Assembly (NCBI GenBank): GCA_039811685.1 | Contig: JBDHZC010000009.1 | Location: 32,001 to 96,000, forward strand | DNA length: 64,000 bases | Direction: 5' to 3' | DNA from: Armatimonadota bacterium | GTDB taxonomy: Bacteria; Armatimonadota; UBA5829; DSUL01 | Part shown: positions 30,793 to 40,227 of the stretch, one piece after another | How the letters are laid out: each line of letters opens with the position of its first letter | How positions within the stretch are numbered: the stretch's first letter is position 1 | Program-made: the position numbers and the translations under genes | The notes under the pieces: generated by a model | The model's database searches: none | Seen by the model: only the letters and a program-made list of their open reading frames with translations | What the model was told of the DNA's origin: nothing

Positions 30793-32550
30793 ATGAGACT
30801 GCCTGGACTGAGTATATTCAGATTTCTGGGGGTTGTGGCGCTAACCGGGCTGGTGGCTCTGCCGGCAGGCGCGGACGCACCAGCTCCCGCTCCGCCGCCC
30901 GCCCCAGCGCCTGTCCGGCAACCCGAGCGTCCGGCCCCTGCGCCTCCGGCTCCAGCCCCGCCCGCGCCTTCGCGGCCTGCTCCGTCACGGCCTGACCCGC
31001 CACAGCACGTTTCTCCTGCGCCCGCTCCGGCCCCGGCTCCCCGTCCGGAGCCCGTCCGCCAGCCTGACCCTGCGCCGCGACCAGAGCCCGTCCGCCAGAG
31101 CGAACCAGCGCGTCAGCCAGACGCTGTTAGCCAACCTGAACCGGCTGCACAGCCACGCCGGCCCGCACCTTCGCCAGAAGCCAATCCGCCGCACGGCCGC
31201 ACGCCGCGCAATGAGCCGAGCAGCCCGGCGCCATCGCCGCAGCCGCCAGAGGTTCGACCCTCTCCCAGTCCCGGGCCTTCCGCGCCGTCTCGCCCGCCGT
31301 CCAACGCTCACCAAAGGCCAGCGCCCACGCCGCCACCTGCGGATGTGCGGCAGCCTGTTGAACAGCGTCCAGATGCGGTCCGCCAGCCCGAGTCGCGCCC
31401 TGAGCAGCCCTCTGTTGCGCCGAGTCTGCCTTCGCAGCCTCTGCGTCAGGACGACGGCCGGCTGCAGCGACCCGCGGCGCCTCCGAGTCCGGCTCCCATG
31501 CCGCGCGATGAGCGTCCTTCGAACCGGGAGCCGGGCGTCCGGCAACCCGGGCGGCCTGTGGCGCCCGCGCCTTCGCCGCTGATGCAGCGCCCCGCACAGG
31601 TCACGGCTACTCCGGCGCTTCCGCCCGCTTTTGCGCACCTGCGCCTGCCTGGAAACTCACCTCAGCCCGTTCAGGGACCGGTGAGCGCAGCAGAGCAGCG
31701 GGCATTTGGAAGCTGGTTGCGCACGCAGCAGGCCAGACAGCCTGACGCCATCCGCGTCCCATCGAATGTGCCAGCCTATCGCAGTCCCCTTCCACGCGAG
31801 CGCTACGACCGCACAATGCGGCTGTGGGAAGAAAGCCGCCGCTACGACAACTCCAAGCGCTGGTTCTTCCGGCACTATGCATCCAGACCCGTCAGGCCGG
31901 TGATCGTCTATCGCAACTACGTCTGCCCCGCGCCGGTGTATCAGTACTGGCCATTTGGCTCTTCCAGCTACTATTACTGGGGCTATACTGATTCGATTTA
32001 CGATCCGTATCGCAGCTCCAGCGTGGTAGTGGTCTATGCACCGCCGGAGACGCGCTACAACGTGATCGAGCGTACCAAAGTCGTTTACACTTCTACAGAC
32101 GCCCCAGAACAGCGCCGCAGTGTAAGTGAAGATCAGGACGTTGCGGGCGTGCGCTATCCGGGAATTGAAGAGGACATCTCGGACGCGGAGAGAGTAGCCA
32201 AGGATATTGAGACCGCCTGGGAGCGGGGCAATCTCTCCAGACTGGCCGGGCATGTGGACCCGGAGATGCCGGTACGCATTTACGACTCTGGCGAGTATCT
32301 GGAATACCTCAAAGACCGCGAGTTTCTTCTGCGGATGCGGGATTTGATGGACGACAACGGCACACGCGCGTTTCTCACACAGCGGATTGTGCCGGTGCGC
32401 CCGGGAGAGGTGATGATCTACGCCCGTCACGACCTTGAGACGCCGACAAAGCGGGCGGAGACGCTCTATGAACGCTATACTATCGAGCGCCTTGGGAAAA
32501 GATGGCTGATCTCGGCGTATGAATCCAGCCCGTCGCGCCTGCTGGAGTAA
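30793..32550 (+). CDS. Secreted proline-rich protein with Tyr-rich linker and C-terminal NTF2-like domain
   Basis: Signal peptide; about 270 aa P/A/R/Q-rich with VRQP repeats; globular C-terminus; RBS GAGG. Confidence 0.7.
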   Translation: MRLPGLSIFRFLGVVALTGLVALPAGADAPAPAPPPAPAPVRQPERPAPAPPAPAPPAPSRPAPSRPDPPQHVSPAPAPAPAPRPEPVRQPDPAPRPEPVRQSEPARQPDAVSQPEPAAQPRRPAPSPEANPPHGRTPRNEPSSPAPSPQPPEVRPSPSPGPSAPSRPPSNAHQRPAPTPPPADVRQPVEQRPDAVRQPESRPEQPSVAPSLPSQPLRQDDGRLQRPAAPPSPAPMPRDERPSNREPGVRQPGRPVAPAPSPLMQRPAQVTATPALPPAFAHLRLPGNSPQPVQGPVSAAEQRAFGSWLRTQQARQPDAIRVPSNVPAYRSPLPRERYDRTMRLWEESRRYDNSKRWFFRHYASRPVRPVIVYRNYVCPAPVYQYWPFGSSSYYYWGYTDSIYDPYRSSSVVVVYAPPETRYNVIERTKVVYTSTDAPEQRRSVSEDQDVAGVRYPGIEEDISDAERVAKDIETAWERGNLSRLAGHVDPEMPVRIYDSGEYLEYLKDREFLLRMRDLMDDNGTRAFLTQRIVPVRPGEVMIYARHDLETPTKRAETLYERYTIERLGKRWLISAYESSPSRLLE

Positions 32551-32606
32551 GTCCACTCTCAGCGCGCGCCCATGCACTGGGTCTGGGCATAGGACAGTTC
32601 AAAAGG

Positions 32607-32635
32607 AAGCCCCGGGGATTGCTCCCGGGGCTTTT
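32607..32635. terminator. Intrinsic terminator between convergent genes
   Basis: AAGCCCCGGG-GATTGCT-CCCGGGGCTTTT. Confidence 0.8.
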
Positions 32636-32702
32636 CGGCACCTAGTGTATTTTGCGAAGGAGTGTCACAATCGGGAAGCGCTGCGCAAGCATAAGAAGCC
32701 CC

Positions 32703-33113
32703 TTAGTGCGCCCAGATCAGGGCGTCCAGGCTCCACGGGCCGGCGCCGAAGGCAAAGAACAGCAGAAACGCAAAGCAGAACAGAACCGCCATCTCGCCCT
32801 TGTTCTGAATCGGCCACAGCGCCTGACGCTGATGCACCATGAAGTACGCTACAGCCATTTCACCCGCCAGAACGAAGCCTGCCGGCCTTGTGAACAGACC
32901 AAGCAGGATCAGCAGCCCGCCGAAAAACTCCAGAAATCCCGCCAGTCCCATTTGTGACATGAGTGGGAGCGCTTTACCGTCACCCTGCGCTCCACCAAAG
33001 GCGCCGAACAGTTTTTGCGCCCCGTGTGGGATAAACAGGATTCCCACGACTATGCGAAGCAGAAAAAAGGTAATAATCTCAAGTTGCGGCCAATAGGCGC
33101 TCATCTCTGTCAC
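32703..33113 (-). CDS. DoxX family membrane protein
   Basis: LRIVVGILF..HGAQKLFG, EFFGG..LGLFTR, GAGPWSLD. Confidence 0.92.
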   Translation of the reverse strand: MTEMSAYWPQLEIITFFLLRIVVGILFIPHGAQKLFGAFGGAQGDGKALPLMSQMGLAGFLEFFGGLLILLGLFTRPAGFVLAGEMAVAYFMVHQRQALWPIQNKGEMAVLFCFAFLLFFAFGAGPWSLDALIWAH

Positions 33114-33256
33114 CGTCCATTTCCAAAAACGGCATAAAGCGTGGATCTGCGCTCACACCGCGCTTTTTCCAGCCGCTTGTATCGTACCATCAACGGGCGC
33201 TGTCTAAACACAGCCGGCCGGTCGCAGTTTGTGGAGCGGCTTTAGTGGAGGCACAC

Positions 33257-34465
33257 ATGTCTTTTGAAAGAGGCGCGCCGGAGGAGAGGCCTGCTCAAGA
33301 GCTATCTGCTCAAGAGCTATCTGCTCAAGAGCTATCTGCTCAAGAGATTGAGCGCTACTCCAGACACATTCTGATTCCGGAAGTGGGGCTGGAGGGGCAG
33401 CTCAAACTTAAGAAGGCGCGAGTGCTGCTGGTGGGGGCGGGTGGACTGGGCGCTCCGGCCGGGATGTATCTGGCCGCGGCGGGTGTCGGGACACTCGGGC
33501 TGGTGGATTTTGACGCGGTGGAGCACAGCAACCTTCAGAGGCAAATCCTGTTCAGTGGAGCAGATGTGGGAAGCTCAAAGACTCAGGCGGCCAGGCGGCG
33601 ACTGGAGGGAATCAACAGCGAGATAGACGTGATAGCTCACGAGGTGAAGCTGAGCGCAGAGAATGCGCTGGAGGTTTTTACCGGCTACGACGTAGTCATT
33701 GACGGCACGGACAACTTCCCCACACGCTATCTCATTAACGACGCGTGCGCCCTGCTTGGCAAGCCGGATGTCTATGGCAGTATCTTTCGCTTTGAGGGGC
33801 AGCTAAGCGTCTTTCGCGCCCGCAGCGGGCCGTGTTACCGCTGTCTGCATCCCGCGCCGCCACCACCAGGCGCAGTTCCGAGCTGCGCTGAGGGAGGAGT
33901 GATGGGAGTGCTGCCGGGGGTCGTCGGCTCGCTTCAGGCAATGGAGGCTCTAAAGCTGATTCTGGGAGTTGGGGAGCCGATGACAGGGCGGATGCTGCTG
34001 TTTGACGCTCTTGCCGGGCGCTTTACCCAGATGAGGCTGCCGAAGGATCCGGCCTGTGCGCTGTGCGGTGAAAACCCGAGCATCACCGGGCTGGTGGATT
34101 ATGAAGAGATGTGCGGTCTGAAGCGGCCCCGCGAACCGCTTCCACCGGAATGGGAGATCGGCGCTGCGGAGGTGAACGAGATGAGGCGCAGCGGCCGGGA
34201 TGTTGCGCTGCTGGACGTGCGGGAAGCTTCGGAGCGGCGAATCTGCCGGATTGAGGGCGCAAAGTGGATTGCGCTCGCAGAGCTGGAAGCCCGCTTGGAG
34301 GAGCTGGACAGAGCGGTGGAGCTGATTGTCTACTGCCGTATGGGAGTTCGCAGCGCTCAAGCCGTGCGCACCCTGCGGGCGGCGGGCTTTGAGAGGGCAC
34401 GGAATCTGTCCGGCGGAATTTTGGCCTGGGCGGATGAGGTGGACAGCTCTATGCCAAAGTACTAA
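33257..34465 (+). CDS. moeB: MoeB/ThiF adenylyltransferase fused to rhodanese (MoeZ-type)
   Basis: RYSRH, GAGGLG, SNLQRQ, DGTDNF, CYRC, C-terminal YCRMGVRS. Confidence 0.93.
   Translation: MSFERGAPEERPAQELSAQELSAQELSAQEIERYSRHILIPEVGLEGQLKLKKARVLLVGAGGLGAPAGMYLAAAGVGTLGLVDFDAVEHSNLQRQILFSGADVGSSKTQAARRRLEGINSEIDVIAHEVKLSAENALEVFTGYDVVIDGTDNFPTRYLINDACALLGKPDVYGSIFRFEGQLSVFRARSGPCYRCLHPAPPPPGAVPSCAEGGVMGVLPGVVGSLQAMEALKLILGVGEPMTGRMLLFDALAGRFTQMRLPKDPACALCGENPSITGLVDYEEMCGLKRPREPLPPEWEIGAAEVNEMRRSGRDVALLDVREASERRICRIEGAKWIALAELEARLEELDRAVELIVYCRMGVRSAQAVRTLRAAGFERARNLSGGILAWADEVDSSMPKY
33291..33346 (+). repeat. 15-bp tandem repeat (CTGCTCAAGAGCTAT x3.7), in-frame AQELS
   Basis: Read directly from the sequence. 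Confidence 0.95.
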
Positions 34466-34474
34466 GCTGGCGCC

Positions 34475-35857
34475 TCACGCAGTTGAACGCGACCGCTGCT
34501 GGAACGACCCCAGAATGACGAGGCTCAGCAGCCACGACAGCGAAAGAAACGCCGCTGAGAGGTAGATGGGCACGTCGTGCGGGGAGAGGCTGAAGATGTC
34601 CCTACCCCAGTGGTAGAGCTGCCCTCCCGCAACTGCTCCGATGATAGCGCCGAAGCCCTGAGCCATCCCCGCCGCGCCAAGCACAGAACCTCTGGCCTGT
34701 TCATCCGTCACGTCCGCCACCAGCGCCATCCACGCGGGAAACGCCAGCAGAAAGCCGATGCCGACCAGAATAGCGCCGCCCGCCAGAATCAGATGGCTGT
34801 TCACAAATGGAAGCGCCCACAGCGCCGTCGCGCACAGGAACATGCCGCATCTGATGGACGCCAGACGCCCCCACCTGTCCCCGAGACGCCCGAGTGGCAC
34901 AGCCACCAGCGAAATGACGACTGCGGGCACGACGAAGAGCTTACCAAAAGTCTCCTGAGTAATTCCGAACCGATCCAGCGCGTACAGCTCCAGCACAGGA
35001 ATCAGCAGACCAATGCCGAGAAACGTGATAAACGCCAGCAGCATCAGCCTCCACACACGGATGGCGGCTGAGGCCATGGGGCCAAAACCGGTCCACTCTT
35101 CCTGCGCGTGTGCTGGCGCATGGGCAGCGCTCTTGACTGCTTTGCGCGGAACAACCAGCAGGGCCATCACCGCCGCGCCGATGAACAGAGCGGTTGAGAG
35201 GTAGAACGCGGCGTGGTACACGGGATGTCCGGGCGTTGAGTACAGGCTGTTCACCCACCCTCCGGCCAGCGGACCGAAAGCCAGACCCACCATATACGCG
35301 ACGTTCAGCACACTCATACCGGTGCTGCGGTTTTCCTCTGAAGTGTGGTCGCCGACCGCCGCAAAGACCGCAGGCCAGAAAGCGGCTGCGCCAAGCCCGT
35401 CAAAAACGCGCACGCCAACGAGAAGGTACGGATTGGCGGTGTGCATCACCAGAAATGATCCGGCTGCGGACATGATAGGGCCGAAGAAGATCAGAGGTCT
35501 GCGCCCGACAACGTCGCTCAGAGCGCCCAGCCAGAGACGTCCGACAGCCTCCGCCAGCAAAAAAGCGCCCATGACGATGCCGACCCAGCCGCCCAGCCCC
35601 AGCTCTTTGGAGACGTAAACGGGGATAGCCAGAACGTTGACGACGGCATAGGCAAGCTCTACCAGAGCGCAGAGAAGTCCCAAACCGATGATAGTCGCCA
35701 GAGAAGAGCGTCCGGATAGCGCTTGTGAAGGCTGCTGAGTCGAGTGGTCTATGGTCTGTACCTCGCCCGGCTCCCGTCGGTGGCGCCTGCGGCGGCTATG
35801 AGCGTTTCTTCTCCGCAGGCGCTGTGTTGCCCTCTTGAGAAAGCTGATCTGGTACAA
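34475..35857 (-). CDS. MFS transporter (true start probably near 35760)
   Basis: GALSDVVGRR and GRLGDRWGR motif A; about 12 TM segments; the track start overlaps the upstream terminator. Confidence 0.88.
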   Translation of the reverse strand: MYQISFLKRATQRLRRRNAHSRRRRHRREPGEVQTIDHSTQQPSQALSGRSSLATIIGLGLLCALVELAYAVVNVLAIPVYVSKELGLGGWVGIVMGAFLLAEAVGRLWLGALSDVVGRRPLIFFGPIMSAAGSFLVMHTANPYLLVGVRVFDGLGAAAFWPAVFAAVGDHTSEENRSTGMSVLNVAYMVGLAFGPLAGGWVNSLYSTPGHPVYHAAFYLSTALFIGAAVMALLVVPRKAVKSAAHAPAHAQEEWTGFGPMASAAIRVWRLMLLAFITFLGIGLLIPVLELYALDRFGITQETFGKLFVVPAVVISLVAVPLGRLGDRWGRLASIRCGMFLCATALWALPFVNSHLILAGGAILVGIGFLLAFPAWMALVADVTDEQARGSVLGAAGMAQGFGAIIGAVAGGQLYHWGRDIFSLSPHDVPIYLSAAFLSLSWLLSLVILGSFQQRSRSTA

Positions 35858-35897
35858 AAAAAAGCCCGGTCCTGAACAATTTCAGAACCGGGCTTTT
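35856..35897 (-). terminator. Intrinsic terminator after the prepilin-type gene
   Basis: AAAAGCCCGGT..ACCGGGCTTTT with T8 on the minus strand. Confidence 0.8.
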
Positions 35898-35933
35898 CAA
35901 CAAGTGAAAGTCAGATCACACGATAGACTTTAC

Positions 35934-36701
35934 TTACTGCACCTCATCCCGGAACTGGGTGGGGTCGCAGGAGTTCGTCGCTACGCCAGTCGCAAAGATC
36001 GTGTTGGTGTTGATGTTGTAGTTGAAGTACATCGGCCACCCGGGTGTGGTGAAGGCTGTCGGCGCAGGATCAGCGTTAGAGCCACCGCCCGCCTTGGATG
36101 TCTGATACTGAACGTGACCATCCAGGAAGCCGGCGTTCATCTTCACACCTACCTTGAAGCCCTTGCCGGACTCACCACTGTGGAACCCACGGCGCTCGAT
36201 AAAAGCCATCTGGCTGGCTGGGCTGTCGAAGCTGCTCTCATTGGAGAAGCCGTTAACGCACGAGCCATCCACAGCCGGGCGGTAGTAGTAGGATATCTCT
36301 CCCGTGTAGTTAGCCGGAGCAAAATCCAGGCTGTCAGACGGGCAGAACCAGACGTCCTTGGACTTCTGATAAGAGTAGAGCGCCGTTGCGATAGTGGCAG
36401 CGGCCGGGCCGATGGTCTGCGGCGGATACTGCCCCAGAGTCGTGCAGAAGGCGGGATCCGGCGCTGATGCGTTCTGGTTGCGGATCTTGCTGTTGGGAAG
36501 CTGCTGACCGTAATCGTCAACATACATCTTCATCGCCTTGACCAACTGGTTCAGGTTGCTCTGGCAGGACGACTTGCGCGCCGCTTCACGGGCCCGGGCA
36601 AACACCGGGAACAGAATGGCTGCCAGAATTGCGATAATGGCAATAACGACCAGGAGCTCAATGAGCGTAAATCCCGATCGGTTCTTTCTCAATACGGACA
36701 T
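35934..36701 (-). CDS. Prepilin-type N-terminal cleavage/methylation protein (DUF1559, H-X9-DG type)
   Basis: [44 protein letters not shown]. Confidence 0.92.
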   Translation of the reverse strand: MSVLRKNRSGFTLIELLVVIAIIAILAAILFPVFARAREAARKSSCQSNLNQLVKAMKMYVDDYGQQLPNSKIRNQNASAPDPAFCTTLGQYPPQTIGPAAATIATALYSYQKSKDVWFCPSDSLDFAPANYTGEISYYYRPAVDGSCVNGFSNESSFDSPASQMAFIERRGFHSGESGKGFKVGVKMNAGFLDGHVQYQTSKAGGGSNADPAPTAFTTPGWPMYFNYNINTNTIFATGVATNSCDPTQFRDEVQ

Positions 36702-37266
36702 TATAGTCTCCTCGAATCTGTCTCCCTGTGAGGAGGGTCAGACCTTTGCGATACACACGGATTATTGAGCTCTCCAGGTTGATGAAGAAGGGCTCATCTC
36801 GCTTTCGCCAGACAGGGCGCTCTGGGCGTCTATCCGGCCGGGCGCATCAGAAGCAAAACAGATAAGCGTGTTGTCCAGGCGCAGGGGCGTCTGGATTCCA
36901 GTCGCCCCACCAGGTCAACTCCCAGGCCGGTCACGGGTTTCCGGGAGCGCGTGAGAGAGCAAAACGCTACAGTTGCCTGCTTCTGAGGAGTCTCCCGGAC
37001 ACAGGCTGCCTGTCAGGGCAGTTGAGCGCAGTCATGCTGGAAGCCGCACTGGGGATGATTCAGAGGATGACATATGAATAAGGCTTGGTTACTTCACAAG
37101 CAGAATCACCCGCCGCGGCCCCCGAAGCAGACTTACTCTTCCGGGTCCAGGATCGTCACAGAACGCTATTTGGTTTGTGTTTCAGGGCCGGATTTGGCCG
37201 GCACATCCATAAGGAGCCGCTTCGTACTCCCAGGGGCTGCGAAGCGGCTCTCAAAGTATTCTCAGC

Positions 37267-38094
37267 CTACGGCGTAATCCAAACTACCGGTGAGCCGCTG
37301 GCGTTCTGGCAGACCCAGTAGCCCGGGCGCTGCGGGTTGTTGTTCACAACATTGGTGTCCATCAGCGTCTCGTTGGGGAACGACTGCACGTGTCCATCCA
37401 GGAAGACGATGTTGCTCTGCCCGCCGTGAATCTTCAAGTTTGCGCGTCCACCGAACGTGCTGTGAGGATTTGTGAGGAAGATGTTCTGCGGACGCCCATT
37501 TGGCGGGGAGACCTGTTCGGTAGTCCACGCACAGCAGAAGGACTGATCGTTGATTCCCAGCTCCCGGAACATCATCGTGGAGGCGGGGAACTTGGCGGTG
37601 CCGTCCGTCTCTTCGCAAATGCCGAAGTTCATGGCGTATGTGATGCGGGAATCGCCGAAGCCTGGAACCGATCCGTTGGCGCTGGGCGCATACTGCTGGC
37701 CCACGGCGGGGCACTTCCACACAGTGACCGTATCCTTGGTGCCGGAGTTCTTGATGTACTTGTCCAGACCCACAACGAACGGAAGCTGCGTGTAGTTGGC
37801 GGCCGGCGGGATGGTCGGGAGGAACACCCGCATAGCAGGCAGCGGCGCATTCGAAGCCAGTTTGTTCGTAGGATACGTTTCTTCGTTATCCTGCGTGTAC
37901 ATCATGACCGCTTTGCCAATCTGGTTCAGGTTGCTCTGGCAGCCAGCCTTCAGCGCGGTCTGGCGAGCCTTGGCAAACACCGGGAACAGAATCGCCGCCA
38001 GAATCGCTATGATGGCGATAACCACCAGAAGCTCAATAAGTGTGAATCCGGACGGAGAACTCAAGCCCCGCTGGATTCGCTCACGCTTAGTCAT
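37267..38094 (-). CDS. Prepilin-type N-terminal cleavage/methylation protein (DUF1559, H-X9-DG type)
   Basis: [32 protein letters not shown]. Confidence 0.92.
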   Translation of the reverse strand: MTKRERIQRGLSSPSGFTLIELLVVIAIIAILAAILFPVFAKARQTALKAGCQSNLNQIGKAVMMYTQDNEETYPTNKLASNAPLPAMRVFLPTIPPAANYTQLPFVVGLDKYIKNSGTKDTVTVWKCPAVGQQYAPSANGSVPGFGDSRITYAMNFGICEETDGTAKFPASTMMFRELGINDQSFCCAWTTEQVSPPNGRPQNIFLTNPHSTFGGRANLKIHGGQSNIVFLDGHVQSFPNETLMDTNVVNNNPQRPGYWVCQNASGSPVVWITP

Positions 38095-38507
38095 TGCGCA
38101 TCTCCTGCCCCGAGCATTCCGGGGCTTGCCTTCGACAGAAGGTCTTGCTGATTTGTAAAGAAGCCTTTTGGTATTCAGGCCGCTACATTGCCAGCACTTT
38201 AACCACCGGAATATGTCGGATGGTCAACCGCAAGGTTGACCGCACGTCCGCGGTAGTGCCCTGCCCGCGGCCCACGCTCTGGCAAAAACAGCTCAAATCC
38301 AGAAGCGTCCATATCCGGTCCGGCAGATTGACTGAAGCCTTTCGGCCTCAAAGCCCGCATCTGCCCACACGTTGTGCAACCGATTCCACACCTGACGGCA
38401 CGCCCGCCACAAGGCTTGAAGCCACACGCGATGAGCCGGTACGCCGAAGGCGGGGTAAGGAATCGAAGCCGCCTGAGTCAAACCCCCTGCAGGCTCCACA
38501 CTCTCGA

Positions 38508-38536
38508 ATCGTACTATACCGCCCCTTCGATGTCAA
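38508..38536 (-). promoter_or_regulatory. Sigma-70 promoter about 410 nt upstream of the prepilin gene
   Basis: TTGACA-N17-TACGAT on the minus strand. Confidence 0.55.
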
Positions 38537-38870
38537 GCGAAACTCTCGCAGGTTTTCCTGAAAGACGCGCCACATTGACAGCGAAGCCCACTCGGTGAGC
38601 CGATGCGCCAACTGAGTATTTCATTGACGAAACGCCCGCCGAAGATGTTCCAGCAGCACAGCGGCTGCACTCTTATTTTTTCACCATCCGCCACACTGCG
38701 CAACAGGGCCGCCATTCCGGCAGGTAAAACAGGCTTCTCCGGGTGTCTTGTGGCGCATCTGGCATCTCTGAAATTGACCTGCGACAAGGCAGATCCATTT
38801 CTTTTGGAGCTATCATCGGCTTTCGAGACAGCAATCTGAAGAGGATGTAGCCCGGAGAGGACGTGAAAAA

Positions 38871-39191
38871 ATGGATATGAAAGTCTATGATCTCACAGTG
38901 AAGGCAGAGTTCGCGGAGAGCGGGATCGTCAGCAAGACGCTGGTGGATGAGCCGTTTACGAAGGTTGTGCTTTTTGGATTCGCCAAAGGCCAGTCTCTTT
39001 CGGAGCACACCGCCAGTATGCCGGCAATCATTCACATTCTGTCCGGCCGGGGCGAAGTGTTGATGGGAACCGAGCGCCACCAGGCGCAGGCGGGAAGCTA
39101 TTTCTTTATGACTCCTCAGACAGTTCACGCAATAGAGGCGGCGGAGGATATGGTGATGCTCCTGACTATGTTTCGCAAATGGAGTGAGTAA
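38871..39191 (+). CDS. Cupin domain protein
   Basis: VVLFGFAKGQSLSEHTA..ILSGRG..M.PQTVHAIEA. Confidence 0.88.
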   Translation: MDMKVYDLTVKAEFAESGIVSKTLVDEPFTKVVLFGFAKGQSLSEHTASMPAIIHILSGRGEVLMGTERHQAQAGSYFFMTPQTVHAIEAAEDMVMLLTMFRKWSE

Positions 39192-39200
39192 GGCGCGGGG

Positions 39201-40142
39201 ATGATGCCCGACCCGGCGGATACCCTGGAAGTCTCCCGCTACTGCATGCGCACGCGCTTTGAGATTGTCATGCGGGGCGCTTCCGCACAGAGGCTGCGGG
39301 CGGCAGGCGAAGCGGCGCTGGATGAGGTGTCGCGCATTGAGACCGCCTTGAGCTTCTACGATCCCGCGAGTGATATCTCCAGGCTCAACAGTCGCGCGGC
39401 GCGCGAAGCGGTGCGCGTGGATCCGCGCCTGCTGCATCTGCTTGAAACGGCAAAGCGCATCTGGACGGAGACGGGCGGGGCGTTTGACGTCACCGTTGGG
39501 CCGTTGATGCGGGCGTGGGGCTTTACGTCGGGCTCCGGCCGTGCTGCGGATGAGGATGCTGTGCACAGCGCGCTGGAGGTGACGGGAATGGATAAGCTCC
39601 TTCTGGATGAGGCGGGGATGAGCGTGCGCTACAGGCGCGAGGGCGTTCAGGTCGATCTGGGAGCTATTGGCAAGGGTTTTGCTGTGGACGCGGCGGTGGG
39701 GACTCTGCGGGAGTGTGGCGTGAGCAGCGCGCTGGTTCACGGCGGCACGAGCAGCGTTTATGCTCTGGGCGCTGGGCTCGGAGAGGAGCCGTGGCCTGTC
39801 AGCCTGCGCAACCCTCGCAACGCGGATGCGCCGCTTGCTGAAGTGCGTTTGCAGGACGTTTCTCTGTCGGTCTCCGCCAGTCACGGCAAGTCTTTTGTAC
39901 AGGACGGGCAGGAGATGGGGCATGTCCTGGATCCACGCTCCGGCCGGCCGGCTGTAGGGGCGCTTGTGGCTGCCGTCATCGGCCCGTCAGCGACGGAAGG
40001 CGACGCTCTTTCTACGGCGCTCTTGGTGCTGGGAGAAGAGGGCTTGAGGATGCTGGAGCGGGTGGACCCGGATCTTTGCGGGCTGGTGGCGCTGCGGGAC
40101 GGGCGTGTGGTGACGCGCGGAGACGCGTGGATGGCGCATTGA
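39201..40142 (+). CDS. apbE: FAD:protein FMN transferase ApbE (no signal peptide)
   Basis: MRT, S.Y.P.SDISRLN, GAFDVTVGPL..WGF, DLGAIGKG, HVLDPRSG, DALSTA. Confidence 0.92.
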   Translation: MMPDPADTLEVSRYCMRTRFEIVMRGASAQRLRAAGEAALDEVSRIETALSFYDPASDISRLNSRAAREAVRVDPRLLHLLETAKRIWTETGGAFDVTVGPLMRAWGFTSGSGRAADEDAVHSALEVTGMDKLLLDEAGMSVRYRREGVQVDLGAIGKGFAVDAAVGTLRECGVSSALVHGGTSSVYALGAGLGEEPWPVSLRNPRNADAPLAEVRLQDVSLSVSASHGKSFVQDGQEMGHVLDPRSGRPAVGALVAAVIGPSATEGDALSTALLVLGEEGLRMLERVDPDLCGLVALRDGRVVTRGDAWMAH

Positions 40143-40227
40143 CTGCGGGCGTCTGCCGTCCTATAATGCGCCTCAGACGACGCCGGTGACTCTCCCACTC
40201 CGGCGGCTACAGGAGACGCTCAAGCCG

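Noticed and set aside
38673..39923. 416-aa minus ORF, and similar long antisense ORFs such as 42318-43550, 4018-5028 and 57028-58008
   Set aside because: They lie opposite well-supported genes and have no motifs; typical of high-GC DNA.
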